A stretch of 41,119 nt of DNA from assembly GCA_964482605.1 (NCBI GenBank), contig CAYZYS010000001.1, positions 1-41,119 on the forward strand. The letters run 5' to 3'. The translations under genes were made by a program, and so were the position numbers. Each line of letters opens with the position of its first letter. Positions within the stretch are counted from its first letter, which is position 1. Origin of the DNA: an uncultured Bacteroides sp. Lineage in GTDB: Bacteria; Bacillota; Clostridia; Lachnospirales; Lachnospiraceae. Under the pieces are notes generated by a model, which had not been told where the DNA came from, searched no databases, and worked only from the letters and a program-made list of their open reading frames with translations. This document shows, in pieces, positions 10,164 through 18,222 of this stretch.

Positions 10164-10814
10164 TCACAGCCCTGCGGCCCTGTAATCCGCCTGAAACTTC
10201 TCAATTCCCGCATCCGTCAGCGGATGGTGAAGCATTTGCTCTATCACCTTGTACGGAATCGTGGCTATGTCCGCACCTGCAAGTGCGCAGTCAGTCACAT
10301 GTATCGGATTCCTTATGCTGGCGCAGATAATCTCCGTCTGAATGTCATAATTGCTGAATATTGCAACTATAGTCTGCACAAGCTCAATCCCAGGCTGTGA
10401 TATGTCATCAAGCCTTCCAAGAAACGGGGAAACATATGCCGCACCTGCCCTGGCTGCAAGAAGCGCCTGATTTGCCGTAAATATCAATGTGACATTGACC
10501 TTGATTCCCTCTGCCGCAAGCACCTTGGTTGCCTTAAGCCCCTCTGCCGTCATTGGAATCTTCACAACCATGTTAGGGTGAATCGCAGCAATCTCCCTGC
10601 CTTCCCTTATCATTCCCTCCGCATCAACAGTTGTTGCCTTGACCTCTCCACTGATTGGCCCATCAACAATTGAGGCAATTTCCTTAATCACCTCATTAAA
10701 GTCCCTTCCCTCCTTGGCTATCAGGGATGGATTGGTGGTCACGCCGCAAATTACTCCTAAATCATTAGCCTTCCTAATGTCCTCCACGTTAGCTGTGTCA
10801 ATAAAAAATTTCAT
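10164..10814 (-). CDS. tal: transaldolase / fructose-6-phosphate aldolase (small type)
   Basis: [48 protein letters not shown]. Confidence 0.9.
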   Translation of the reverse strand: MKFFIDTANVEDIRKANDLGVICGVTTNPSLIAKEGRDFNEVIKEIASIVDGPISGEVKATTVDAEGMIREGREIAAIHPNMVVKIPMTAEGLKATKVLAAEGIKVNVTLIFTANQALLAARAGAAYVSPFLGRLDDISQPGIELVQTIVAIFSNYDIQTEIICASIRNPIHVTDCALAGADIATIPYKVIEQMLHHPLTDAGIEKFQADYRAAGL

Positions 10815-10852
10815 ACTTTTCCTCCATTCCGTTCAGCAGGCATCTTTGCCGG

Positions 10853-12355
10853 CTAATACATATTTTGAAAAACCCCTTTCAGTGCCGGGTACAGCCTTGT
10901 AAACCCCGCGTACCCCTCCTGGTATCGCTGCACAAGCCCAGGCTCAGGATGTATTACCTCCTTCACCCCAACAATTGCCTCCACTGCCTGCGGCACATTT
11001 TCATATTCACCACAGGCAACCATGGCAAGCATCGCACCGCCAAGTGCAGGTCCCTCCTCCATTGCAGGAACCTCAATGTCAATCCCAAGCACATTTGCCA
11101 TTATCCTGCGCCACAGCGGGCTTTTCGCACCGCCGCCGCATATCTTGGAGGATGTGATGTCAATCCCAAGCCGTCCTGCAATCTGGAATGAATCCCTGAT
11201 TGCATATGCCACGCCCTCAAGCACCGCCTGTGTCATGTCCTTCCTGCCGGTGTCCATGCCCATTCCAACAAATGCCCCCCTTGCCCTAGGGTCATTGTGG
11301 GGTGAGCGTTCCCCCATGAGATACGGCAAGAAGTACACCTGGTTGCGCCCCAGATCATCATCACCAATCACAGCCTGCTCCCCTGCGTAATCACCTGTCC
11401 CAAGTATTCCGTCCATCCACCACCTGTTGCAGGACGCCGCGGAAAGCATGCAGCCCATCAAATGATAATGCCCGTCAGCATGTGCAAATGCGTGAAGTGC
11501 GTTATCCCCATCCACCTTAAAGGTGTCACTGGATATGAATATGGTTCCCGACGTGCCAAGGGAAATGTTGCACCTTCCCTCACCTATCGTTCCCGTTCCC
11601 ACTGCGGCTGCGGCATTGTCCCCCGCACCCGCCGCAACAACGACATCATGCGCAAGCCCAAGCCTGTCGGCAGCCTCCGCCCTGACATGCCCCACAGGCT
11701 GGTAGCTCTCATACAGCTTCGGAAGCTGCCCCTCATCTATTCCGCATATGGAGAGCATCTCATCCGACCAACGCCTGTTCTTCACGTCAAGCAAGAGCAT
11801 CCCTGACGCGTCTGAGTAATCGGTGGCGTGAACCCCCGTAAGGCAATATACAATATAATCCTTTGGAAGCATTATTTTATTGATACGCCTGAAATTCTCC
11901 GGCTCATTTTCCTTAAGCCACATAAGCTTCGGCGCAGTAAAACCCGCAAACGCCATATTTGCGGTATATTGTGACAGCTTATCCCTGCCGACAACCCCAT
12001 TGAGGTAATCGCACTCCTTTTCGGTTCTCCCGTCATTCCACAGTATGGCAGGCCTTATCACCCTGTCATCACCATCAAGAATCACAAGCCCGTGCATCTG
12101 TCCGCCAATGCCGATTCCGACAATGTCAGCCGCCGCAACGCCCTGTCCTGATGCCTCCGCCAGCAGCAGCCTCACGCCCTCCTCCACCTGCCCCATCCAG
12201 TCAGATGGCTCCTGTTCACTCCACCCAGGTTTTGGAAAGCTGATTGGATACTCCCTTGATACATTTGCCAACAGATTGCCCTTGGCATCCGCCAGGATTA
12301 ATTTTACGGCTGACGTGCCCAGGTCAATTCCAATGTAATATTTTTGTTTGCCCAT
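10853..12355 (-). CDS. xylB: xylulokinase (FGGY family)
   Basis: IGIDLGTS, GQMHGLV, PAILWNDGRT, TDYSDASG, SLGTSG, PYLMGERSP, GGGAKS; exact start uncertain (12355-12373). Confidence 0.88.
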   Translation of the reverse strand: MGKQKYYIGIDLGTSAVKLILADAKGNLLANVSREYPISFPKPGWSEQEPSDWMGQVEEGVRLLLAEASGQGVAAADIVGIGIGGQMHGLVILDGDDRVIRPAILWNDGRTEKECDYLNGVVGRDKLSQYTANMAFAGFTAPKLMWLKENEPENFRRINKIMLPKDYIVYCLTGVHATDYSDASGMLLLDVKNRRWSDEMLSICGIDEGQLPKLYESYQPVGHVRAEAADRLGLAHDVVVAAGAGDNAAAAVGTGTIGEGRCNISLGTSGTIFISSDTFKVDGDNALHAFAHADGHYHLMGCMLSAASCNRWWMDGILGTGDYAGEQAVIGDDDLGRNQVYFLPYLMGERSPHNDPRARGAFVGMGMDTGRKDMTQAVLEGVAYAIRDSFQIAGRLGIDITSSKICGGGAKSPLWRRIMANVLGIDIEVPAMEEGPALGGAMLAMVACGEYENVPQAVEAIVGVKEVIHPEPGLVQRYQEGYAGFTRLYPALKGVFQNMY

Positions 12356-12376
12356 TCCTTCCCCCGTCATCAATGC

Positions 12377-13858
12377 TTACGCAAATGGATTTTCAGACCG
12401 GTACAGCATTCCCGCAGGCTGGTTGAAGCCAACGTCCTCAACCCCAAGATACCTGAACAGGTCGAAAAGCGCCCTGCCATGATGCCCAAATGTCACGGCA
12501 GCATGATGAGGAAAGCTCTTTTCTATGAGCACGTGCCTGTAAAAGCGCCCCATCTGTGGAACTGCAAATATGCCTATCCCGCCAAATGACCTTGTTGCAA
12601 CAGGAAGCACCTCACCCTGCGCAACGTATGCACGAAGCTTAGAATCCGCCGTACTCTGCAGGCGAAACAGCGTCACGTCACCGGAAACAATGTCACCCTC
12701 AAGGGTTCCGTTGGTAAACTCCGCAGGAAGCGAGCGAGCCATTATCATCTGGTTTCTCATTTCACAGGACACCAGCTTGCCCGCCGCCGTGTTGCCACAG
12801 TGAAAGCCCATGAAGGTATCCTTGATGTCATATTTGAATTTACCTGCAATGTCAGCCTCATAAAGGTCCCGCGGAACCGTGTTGTTAATATCAAGAAGCG
12901 TCACCGTGTCACGGCTTATGACGGCTCCAATGTATTCACTTAGCGCACCGTAAATGTCAACCTCACAGGACACCGGAATGCCCCTCGCCGTGAGCCTTGA
13001 ATTTACATAGCACGGCACAAACTTAAACTGGGTCTGGAACGCAGGCCAGCATTTTCCTGCCACAGCCACGTACTCCCTCGCGCCACGGTGTGCCTCAACC
13101 CAGTCACACAATGTGAGCTCATACTGTGCAAGGCGTTCAAGTATCTCAGGCTTTTTATTACCGGAGCCAAGCTCATCTGCCATCTGCCCCACAACCGTTG
13201 GAATCCTTTCATCCCCCTTATGCGCATTGAAGCTCTCAAACAGGTCAAGCTCAGAATTTTCCTCAATCTCAACACCGATGTCCATAAGTGACTTGATTGG
13301 CGCATTGCACGCCATGAAGTCATTGGGTCTTGGCCCGAATGAAATAATCTTCAGGTTCTTAAGCGCAACCACTGCCCTTGCCACAGGCATGAACCCGGCA
13401 AGCATGTCAGCGCATGCATCAGCATCCCCGACAGGATACTCCGGTATGTATGCCCTGATTCCCCTGATTGACAGGTTGTAGCTTGCATTAAGCATGCCGC
13501 AGTAAGCATCCCCCCTGCCATCCACAAGGTTGCTTCCCGTCTCCTCCGCAGCGGCAAGGAACATGACCGGACCGCCAAATTCCCTCGCCAGCATGGTCTC
13601 AGGAATCTCCGGGCCAAAATTGCCAAGATATACTGCCAGCGCATTGCAACCTGCATCACCGACAGCCTTCTGCACCCTTCTCATGTCCTGCTCATTCTCG
13701 ATGCTTATTGGACATTCATACACCTCACCCAGGGTGTCCCCATACTTCCTTTTGTATGCCGCAACAAGGTTCTTCCTCCTGTTTTCCGAAAGGCTCATAG
13801 GAAAACAATTCCTGCTCACTGACACCACGGCCAGCTTAACATTTGGTATATTGTTCAT
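12377..13858 (-). CDS. L-fucose/L-arabinose isomerase-family protein, probably a clostridial type-II xylose isomerase (XylA-II-like)
   Basis: VSRNCFP, YLGNFGPE, RGDAYCG, KCWP, SCEVD, GFHCGN, FPHH; co-transcribed with xylB and tal. Confidence 0.75.
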   Translation of the reverse strand: MNNIPNVKLAVVSVSRNCFPMSLSENRRKNLVAAYKRKYGDTLGEVYECPISIENEQDMRRVQKAVGDAGCNALAVYLGNFGPEIPETMLAREFGGPVMFLAAAEETGSNLVDGRGDAYCGMLNASYNLSIRGIRAYIPEYPVGDADACADMLAGFMPVARAVVALKNLKIISFGPRPNDFMACNAPIKSLMDIGVEIEENSELDLFESFNAHKGDERIPTVVGQMADELGSGNKKPEILERLAQYELTLCDWVEAHRGAREYVAVAGKCWPAFQTQFKFVPCYVNSRLTARGIPVSCEVDIYGALSEYIGAVISRDTVTLLDINNTVPRDLYEADIAGKFKYDIKDTFMGFHCGNTAAGKLVSCEMRNQMIMARSLPAEFTNGTLEGDIVSGDVTLFRLQSTADSKLRAYVAQGEVLPVATRSFGGIGIFAVPQMGRFYRHVLIEKSFPHHAAVTFGHHGRALFDLFRYLGVEDVGFNQPAGMLYRSENPFA

Positions 13859-13902
13859 GTGATAGCCCCCATTTCCTTTAAAATGCCTGACACAATGAGT
13901 AA

Positions 13903-13931
13903 ATGTTACCACAAAACGCACATTTTATCAA
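13903..13931 (-). promoter_or_regulatory. putative promoter of the isomerase-xylB-tal operon
   Basis: TTGATA-17bp-TAACAT with extended -10 TG. Confidence 0.5.
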
Positions 13932-13939
13932 TAAATTTG

Positions 13940-13964
13940 ACTAGTCCACGGTAGTTGGAATAAT
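13940..13964. promoter_or_regulatory. 25-bp imperfect palindrome, candidate sugar-regulator operator
   Basis: ACTAGTCCA-N7-TGGAATAAT (7/9 arm symmetry) just upstream of the operon promoter. Confidence 0.35.
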
Positions 13965-14052
13965 TTTATTTTCCTGTTGATTTTATGGTAATTTCAATAT
14001 ATTCTATTATGTGGATTTAGATATGGACAAATTTGTTCAGGAATGGAGATAG

Positions 14053-14163
14053 GTGTGAAAAATCATGCTGATGCGATGATTTTTCACACGCTGGTTGTGC
14101 CGCAGGCGGCGCAACACAGCCTAATGGCAGACGTAAAATCACATTCGCGATTTTACGTCGCCA
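14053..14163. repeat. element of three consecutive hairpins (REP/MITE-like or structured leader)
   Basis: Perfect 14-bp stem 14053-66/14076-89; GC-rich stem 14090-14120; perfect 11-bp stem 14130-40/14149-59; flanked by GGAATGGAGAT direct repeats at 14040-50 and 14188-98. Confidence 0.7.
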
Positions 14164-14202
14164 CTTCCTCCGGCAAAAAACGCCTGCGGAATGGAGATTA
14201 GT

Positions 14203-15078
14203 ATGAGCTTAAATGCAATGAAACCAATCAAGGAAGGCAAGGTCAGGGAAATCTATGACAACGGTGACAGCCTGATAATGGTGGCAACCGACAGGATAAG
14301 CTGCTTTGACGTAATCCTCAAGAACATTGTGACAAAGAAGGGCACGGTTCTCACACAGATGTCAAAATTCTGGTTTGACATGACCCAGGACATCCTCCCA
14401 AACCATATGATATCAGTTGACGTGAAGGATATGCCTGAATACTTCAGGCAGCCACTGTTTGACGGCAATTCAATGATGTGCAGAAAGCTTGAGATGCTCC
14501 CTGTTGAGTGCATTGTCAGGGGCTACATCACGGGAAGCGGCTGGGCAAGCTACCAGAAGGACGGCACAGTATGCGGAATCAGGCTCCCTGAGGGACTTAA
14601 GGAATCCGACAAGCTCCCTGAGCCAATCTACACGCCTTCAACCAAGGCTGAAATCGGCGACCATGACGAGAACATTTCCTATGAGCAGAGCGTGGAATAC
14701 CTTGAAAAGCGCTTCCCTGGCAAGGGTGAGGAATATGCCTCCAAGCTTCGTGACCACACAATAGCCCTATACAAAAAATGCGCCGACTATGCACTGACAA
14801 AGGGCATAATAATAGCCGACACCAAATTTGAGTTCGGGCTTGACGAGAATGGCAACATAGTAATCGGTGATGAGATGCTGACCCCTGACAGCTCACGCTT
14901 CTGGCCGGCAGACGGCTACGAGCCCGGACACGGTCAGCCATCCTTCGACAAGCAGTTTGCAAGGGACTGGCTCAAGTCAAATGAAGGTCACGACTGGACG
15001 CTTCCGCAGGACATCGTGGACAAGACAATCGACAAGTACCTGCAGGCGTACAAGCTGCTTACAGGAAAGGACCTGTAA
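14203..15078 (+). CDS. purC: phosphoribosylaminoimidazole-succinocarboxamide (SAICAR) synthase
   Basis: EGKVREIY, ATDRIS, VECIVRGYITGSGW, IYTPSTKA, IIADTKFEFG, DEMLTPDSSRFW, SFDKQ. Confidence 0.97.
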   Translation: MSLNAMKPIKEGKVREIYDNGDSLIMVATDRISCFDVILKNIVTKKGTVLTQMSKFWFDMTQDILPNHMISVDVKDMPEYFRQPLFDGNSMMCRKLEMLPVECIVRGYITGSGWASYQKDGTVCGIRLPEGLKESDKLPEPIYTPSTKAEIGDHDENISYEQSVEYLEKRFPGKGEEYASKLRDHTIALYKKCADYALTKGIIIADTKFEFGLDENGNIVIGDEMLTPDSSRFWPADGYEPGHGQPSFDKQFARDWLKSNEGHDWTLPQDIVDKTIDKYLQAYKLLTGKDL

Positions 15079-15111
15079 GGACGTTTAGCTCACTTTGACA
15101 TCTATACACAC

Positions 15112-15158
15112 AAAAGGGAACCTTCGTGTCTGGTATGAAGGTTCCTTTTTCTTTTTTT
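15112..15158. terminator. bidirectional Rho-independent terminator between purC and the rpn-like gene
   Basis: AAAAGGGAACCTTC...GAAGGTTCCTTTT plus a long T tract. Confidence 0.85.
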
Positions 15159-15196
15159 AATTCGTTTTTACCAAAACAAATGTTACTGACTTACCA

Positions 15197-15550
15197 TCAC
15201 CGCATTATTGTACCCGCATCCAATGATGCCTTTATTTGCCGAACTTTAGCCATGTCAACACCTGTCATGTCTGATATGTCTTCAAGACTGCTGCCTCGAC
15301 GCAGCATTCTGGTTATAATTTCGCAACGTCCTTGCTCAAACCCTTGCTCTCGTCCCTGCTCCAATCCTTGCTTTCGCCCCTGCTCCAGTCCTTGTTTTCG
15401 CCCCTGCTCCAGTCCTTGCTCTCGTCCCTGCTCTCGTCCTTGCTCTCGTCCTTGCTCTAATCCCTGCTCCAGTCCCTGCTCTCGTCCCTGCGCCAGCCCC
15501 TCACTTATCGCCTCTTCCTTGAGTGCATCAATGTAATCTCCCATCGTCAT
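15197..15550 (-). CDS. putative intragenic small ORF (RpnS-like antitoxin), in frame within the rpn gene
   Basis: Internal GAGGG 8 nt upstream of the in-frame ATG (…KVRDKY-MTM…) just before the variable C-terminal domain. Confidence 0.5.
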   Translation of the reverse strand: MTMGDYIDALKEEAISEGLAQGREQGLEQGLEQGREQGREQGREQGLEQGRKQGLEQGRKQGLEQGREQGFEQGRCEIITRMLRRGSSLEDISDMTGVDMAKVRQIKASLDAGTIMR

Positions 15551-16207
15551 ATACTTGTCCCTCACTTTCGGTCTGATTTTCAGCTCATGCACCATGTCAT
15601 GGAGCCTGCGTGTTGCATCATTTACCGCATTAGACTCCACACTGTCACCTAAGTACCTTAGCATGGCATGCATTTCCTCATTGCCTCCCTTTGTGCCGGC
15701 TACGTTAAAATATAAAAAATCAAGTCCGTCATCATACACAAGCTCTGGCACCTGGTCGCATTTATTATGGATATTATACACCATTTGTCCATAACCGAAA
15801 GGGTCAAAATTAAGAATCGTCATGACATACAGGTTCGGAAGCGTACCAAAGTTGTTATCACCAGAATGCATGTGCCTGCCGTCCACCCTTGCCTGGTAGA
15901 ACCTGTTGTGCTTTGGCAGGTTAAGGTTTTTCTGCAAATGTGGTTCAATGTCATAAATGTTCATACTGGGGTAACCTGCATTACCTTCCGCAATTACCTC
16001 ACGAATCTCTACGTCAAGCCGTACCCCTCTGTACACCGGGTCATCCGGAACCACGATTTTCTGCGCCTCAACAGTAATGTCACCAACCTCACGCTGCATA
16101 AGCCCGTTGACAATCAATCTGCATCCTTCAGCACCAAACTCCTCATTTGTAACAAGTGCGTTCATCATAAAATTGTCAAGCAAATCCAGTTCCTCAAATT
16201 TTTTCAT
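15197..16207 (-). CDS. Rpn-family (recombination-promoting nuclease / PD-(D/E)XK 'putative transposase') protein
   Basis: LLDNFMM, RGVRLDV, DIE, RFYQARVD, YVMTILNFDPFG, C-terminal repeat tract and HTH-like tail; GGAGG RBS before ATG 16207. Confidence 0.85.
   Translation of the reverse strand: MKKFEELDLLDNFMMNALVTNEEFGAEGCRLIVNGLMQREVGDITVEAQKIVVPDDPVYRGVRLDVEIREVIAEGNAGYPSMNIYDIEPHLQKNLNLPKHNRFYQARVDGRHMHSGDNNFGTLPNLYVMTILNFDPFGYGQMVYNIHNKCDQVPELVYDDGLDFLYFNVAGTKGGNEEMHAMLRYLGDSVESNAVNDATRRLHDMVHELKIRPKVRDKYMTMGDYIDALKEEAISEGLAQGREQGLEQGLEQGREQGREQGREQGLEQGRKQGLEQGRKQGLEQGREQGFEQGRCEIITRMLRRGSSLEDISDMTGVDMAKVRQIKASLDAGTIMR
15323..15490 (-). repeat. 12-bp coding tandem repeat, 14 units (QG[R/L/F][E/K/C])
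   Basis: Visible directly, e.g. CCTGCTCTCGTC / CCTGCTCCAGTC units on the + strand. Confidence 0.95.
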
Positions 16208-16382
16208 ACTCATCCTCCATTCCGCAGGCATTTTTTGCCGCAAAACCAGTTATGCTGACGCTAAATATATATAAAATGTTATCCATCTTCTCAAATGCTG
16301 ACATTGCAGACCCCCCACATCAGCCAACATTATAAATTTACATACAATAACAGTTTGATACTTTATGCCAGCTAGTTACAGA

Positions 16383-16445
16383 TAGTGAAATATTGGCGAA
16401 CAGCCAAAGACTTACCGGCGGGAATCCCACGGGCGAAGCTCACTA
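16383..16445. other. candidate structured RNA or DNA element upstream of the rpn gene
   Basis: TAGTGA/TCACTA closing stem enclosing a TTGGC-GAACA-GCCAA hairpin and a GC-rich GCGGGAATCCCAC hairpin, in an otherwise AT-rich spacer. Confidence 0.35.
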
Positions 16446-16535
16446 ATGTGCGCATAAGCAACACATATAAACATACAATATAACAAGCAAAAGAAAAATG
16501 CAACAAGAATAACGCCCAAGTGAATCGTGCGCATT

Positions 16536-16560
16536 AAAAAAGGCAGGCCACGCCTGCCTA
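16536..16560 (-). terminator. Rho-independent terminator of the suf operon
   Basis: AGGCAGGC-CAC-GCCTGCCT stem followed by a T run on the minus strand. Confidence 0.8.
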
Positions 16561-16574
16561 AACACATATCCTTT

Positions 16575-17000
16575 TTACAGCTTCTCAATCGCCTCGTTAA
16601 GGGTTCTCCACCCAAGCACGGCACATTTTACCCTTGCAGGCATAAAGGAAATATCCTGGAGCGCTGATGCCTCCTCAAGGCTTTCAATCTCATCCTCGCT
16701 TGCCTCGCCCTTAATCATGCGCAAGAATTTATCGGAAAAAGCCTTTGCCTCATCAACGGTCTTGCCCTTCACAAGCTCAAGCATGATGTCCGCAGATGCC
16801 TGGGATATGGCACAGCCATCCCCAACAAAGGAACCATCCTCAATAACGCCGTCATTCACCTTCAGCGAAAGCCAGATGTCATCACCACAGCTCGGGTTCA
16901 CTCCCTCAAGCCGTACGGTGGGATTGGCAAGCTCGTATTTGTGAAACGGGTGCAGATTATGGTCCGTGAGTATCTCATTGTAAAACGTCTTATTCTCCAT
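16575..17000 (-). CDS. sufU: SufU/NifU-type Fe-S assembly protein
   Basis: NPSCGD, GDGCAISQASA, PARVKCAVLGW. Confidence 0.95.
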   Translation of the reverse strand: MENKTFYNEILTDHNLHPFHKYELANPTVRLEGVNPSCGDDIWLSLKVNDGVIEDGSFVGDGCAISQASADIMLELVKGKTVDEAKAFSDKFLRMIKGEASEDEIESLEEASALQDISFMPARVKCAVLGWRTLNEAIEKL

Positions 17001-18222
17001 ATCCCATCAGCCTCCTAACCTCACCTATGCCATCAACAAACCGCTGAACATCCTCAGCCGTGTTATAGAACGCAAAACTCGCCCTTGTCGTGGAATTAAG
17101 CCCAAGGTGATCCATCAACGGCTGAGCGCAGTGATGACCCGCCCTCACGCACACGCCCTTGGAGTCCAATATTGACGCAATGTCATGTGGATGAACGCCG
17201 TCTATGGTAAATGTCACTATACCGCAATGCTCCTGTGGCATTTGGGAGCCAACCACGTGTACTCCCTTCATTGACGAAAGCCCCTCCATTGCCAATGCAG
17301 TAAGCGCCTGCTCCTGCGCATGAATGGTGTCAAAACCCACCCTGTTGATATATTCAATGGCAGCCCTAAGCCCAACGGCATCCCCTGCATTCACGGTTCC
17401 CGCCTCAAACTTATGCGGCACAGGTGCATATGTCACACGGTCCCAGTGGACAGTTTCTATCATCTCACCGCCGCTTAAGAATGGCGGCATCTCCTCAAGA
17501 AGCGCCATCTTGCCGTACAACACCCCAATGCCCATTGGCGCAAGCATCTTATGCCCTGAAAAGGCGAGGAAATCCACATCCAAATCCTGAACGTCAACAG
17601 GCATGTGTGGGACGCTCTGGGCACCATCAGCCACAAGCACAGCACCATACTCATGAACGACTGAGGCAATCGCCTTAAGGTCATTGACCCTGCCAAGCAC
17701 ATTGGAAGCCTGTGTTACGGCAACCAGCCTGGTTCTGTCACTTAACACCTTCCTTAATGCGTCCTCGGTAATCTCACCCTCCGGCGTCGGACGCAAGGGC
17801 TTCAGTACAGCCCCCTTCTCGTCAGCCAGCTTCTTCCAGGGAAGAAAATTACTGTGATGCTCCATGACACTTACAACAATCTCGTCTCCGGCATTTATGT
17901 TGGCAGCACCATAGCTGTACGCCACAAGGTTAAGGCTCTCGGTGGCATTTCTTGTGAATATGACCTCATCAGGGCTGCCCGCGTTGATAAACTCAGCAAC
18001 AGCCTTCCTTGATGCCTCATACTCCTCCGTGGATGCCTCACTTAACCTGTATACCCCGCGAAATGGGTTGGAATTGGATTTTTCATAATATTCCCTGACA
18101 GCATCCAACACCTGCCTTGGCTTCTGCGTGGTTGCGGCATTGTCAAGATACGCAATGTCACCCTCCGCCAGCAGTGGAAAATCCTTCCTGAATTCAGCTA
18201 TTACACTCTCCAGCTCCATCAT
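16990..18222 (-). CDS. sufS: cysteine desulfurase SufS
   Basis: YLDNAATTQKP, DGAQSVPH, FSGHKM, FEAGT, RAGHHCAQP. Confidence 0.96.
   Translation of the reverse strand: MMELESVIAEFRKDFPLLAEGDIAYLDNAATTQKPRQVLDAVREYYEKSNSNPFRGVYRLSEASTEEYEASRKAVAEFINAGSPDEVIFTRNATESLNLVAYSYGAANINAGDEIVVSVMEHHSNFLPWKKLADEKGAVLKPLRPTPEGEITEDALRKVLSDRTRLVAVTQASNVLGRVNDLKAIASVVHEYGAVLVADGAQSVPHMPVDVQDLDVDFLAFSGHKMLAPMGIGVLYGKMALLEEMPPFLSGGEMIETVHWDRVTYAPVPHKFEAGTVNAGDAVGLRAAIEYINRVGFDTIHAQEQALTALAMEGLSSMKGVHVVGSQMPQEHCGIVTFTIDGVHPHDIASILDSKGVCVRAGHHCAQPLMDHLGLNSTTRASFAFYNTAEDVQRFVDGIGEVRRLMGYGE

Noticed and set aside
8554-10213. Long antisense ORFs opposite the transporter (similar ones lie opposite other genes)
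   Set aside because: Shadows of well-supported genes, with no recognisable motifs
15323-15490. CRISPR array
   Set aside because: Contiguous 12-bp coding repeats without spacers; no cas genes
15126-15536. Cys/Pro-repeat (PCSR)n metallothionein-like ORF on the + strand
   Set aside because: Reverse-complement reading of the rpn 12-bp repeat; it starts inside a terminator and has no RBS
15197-16207. IS element / active transposase
   Set aside because: No DDE or HUH motifs and no terminal inverted repeats bounding the gene alone; 'transposase' is a legacy label for this family
16393-16445. ZTP (pfl) riboswitch, suggested by TGGCGAACAG
   Set aside because: Lacks the GACTGGCG context and the 3' CGCCTGGGC pseudoknot partner, and no folate/purine gene follows on that strand
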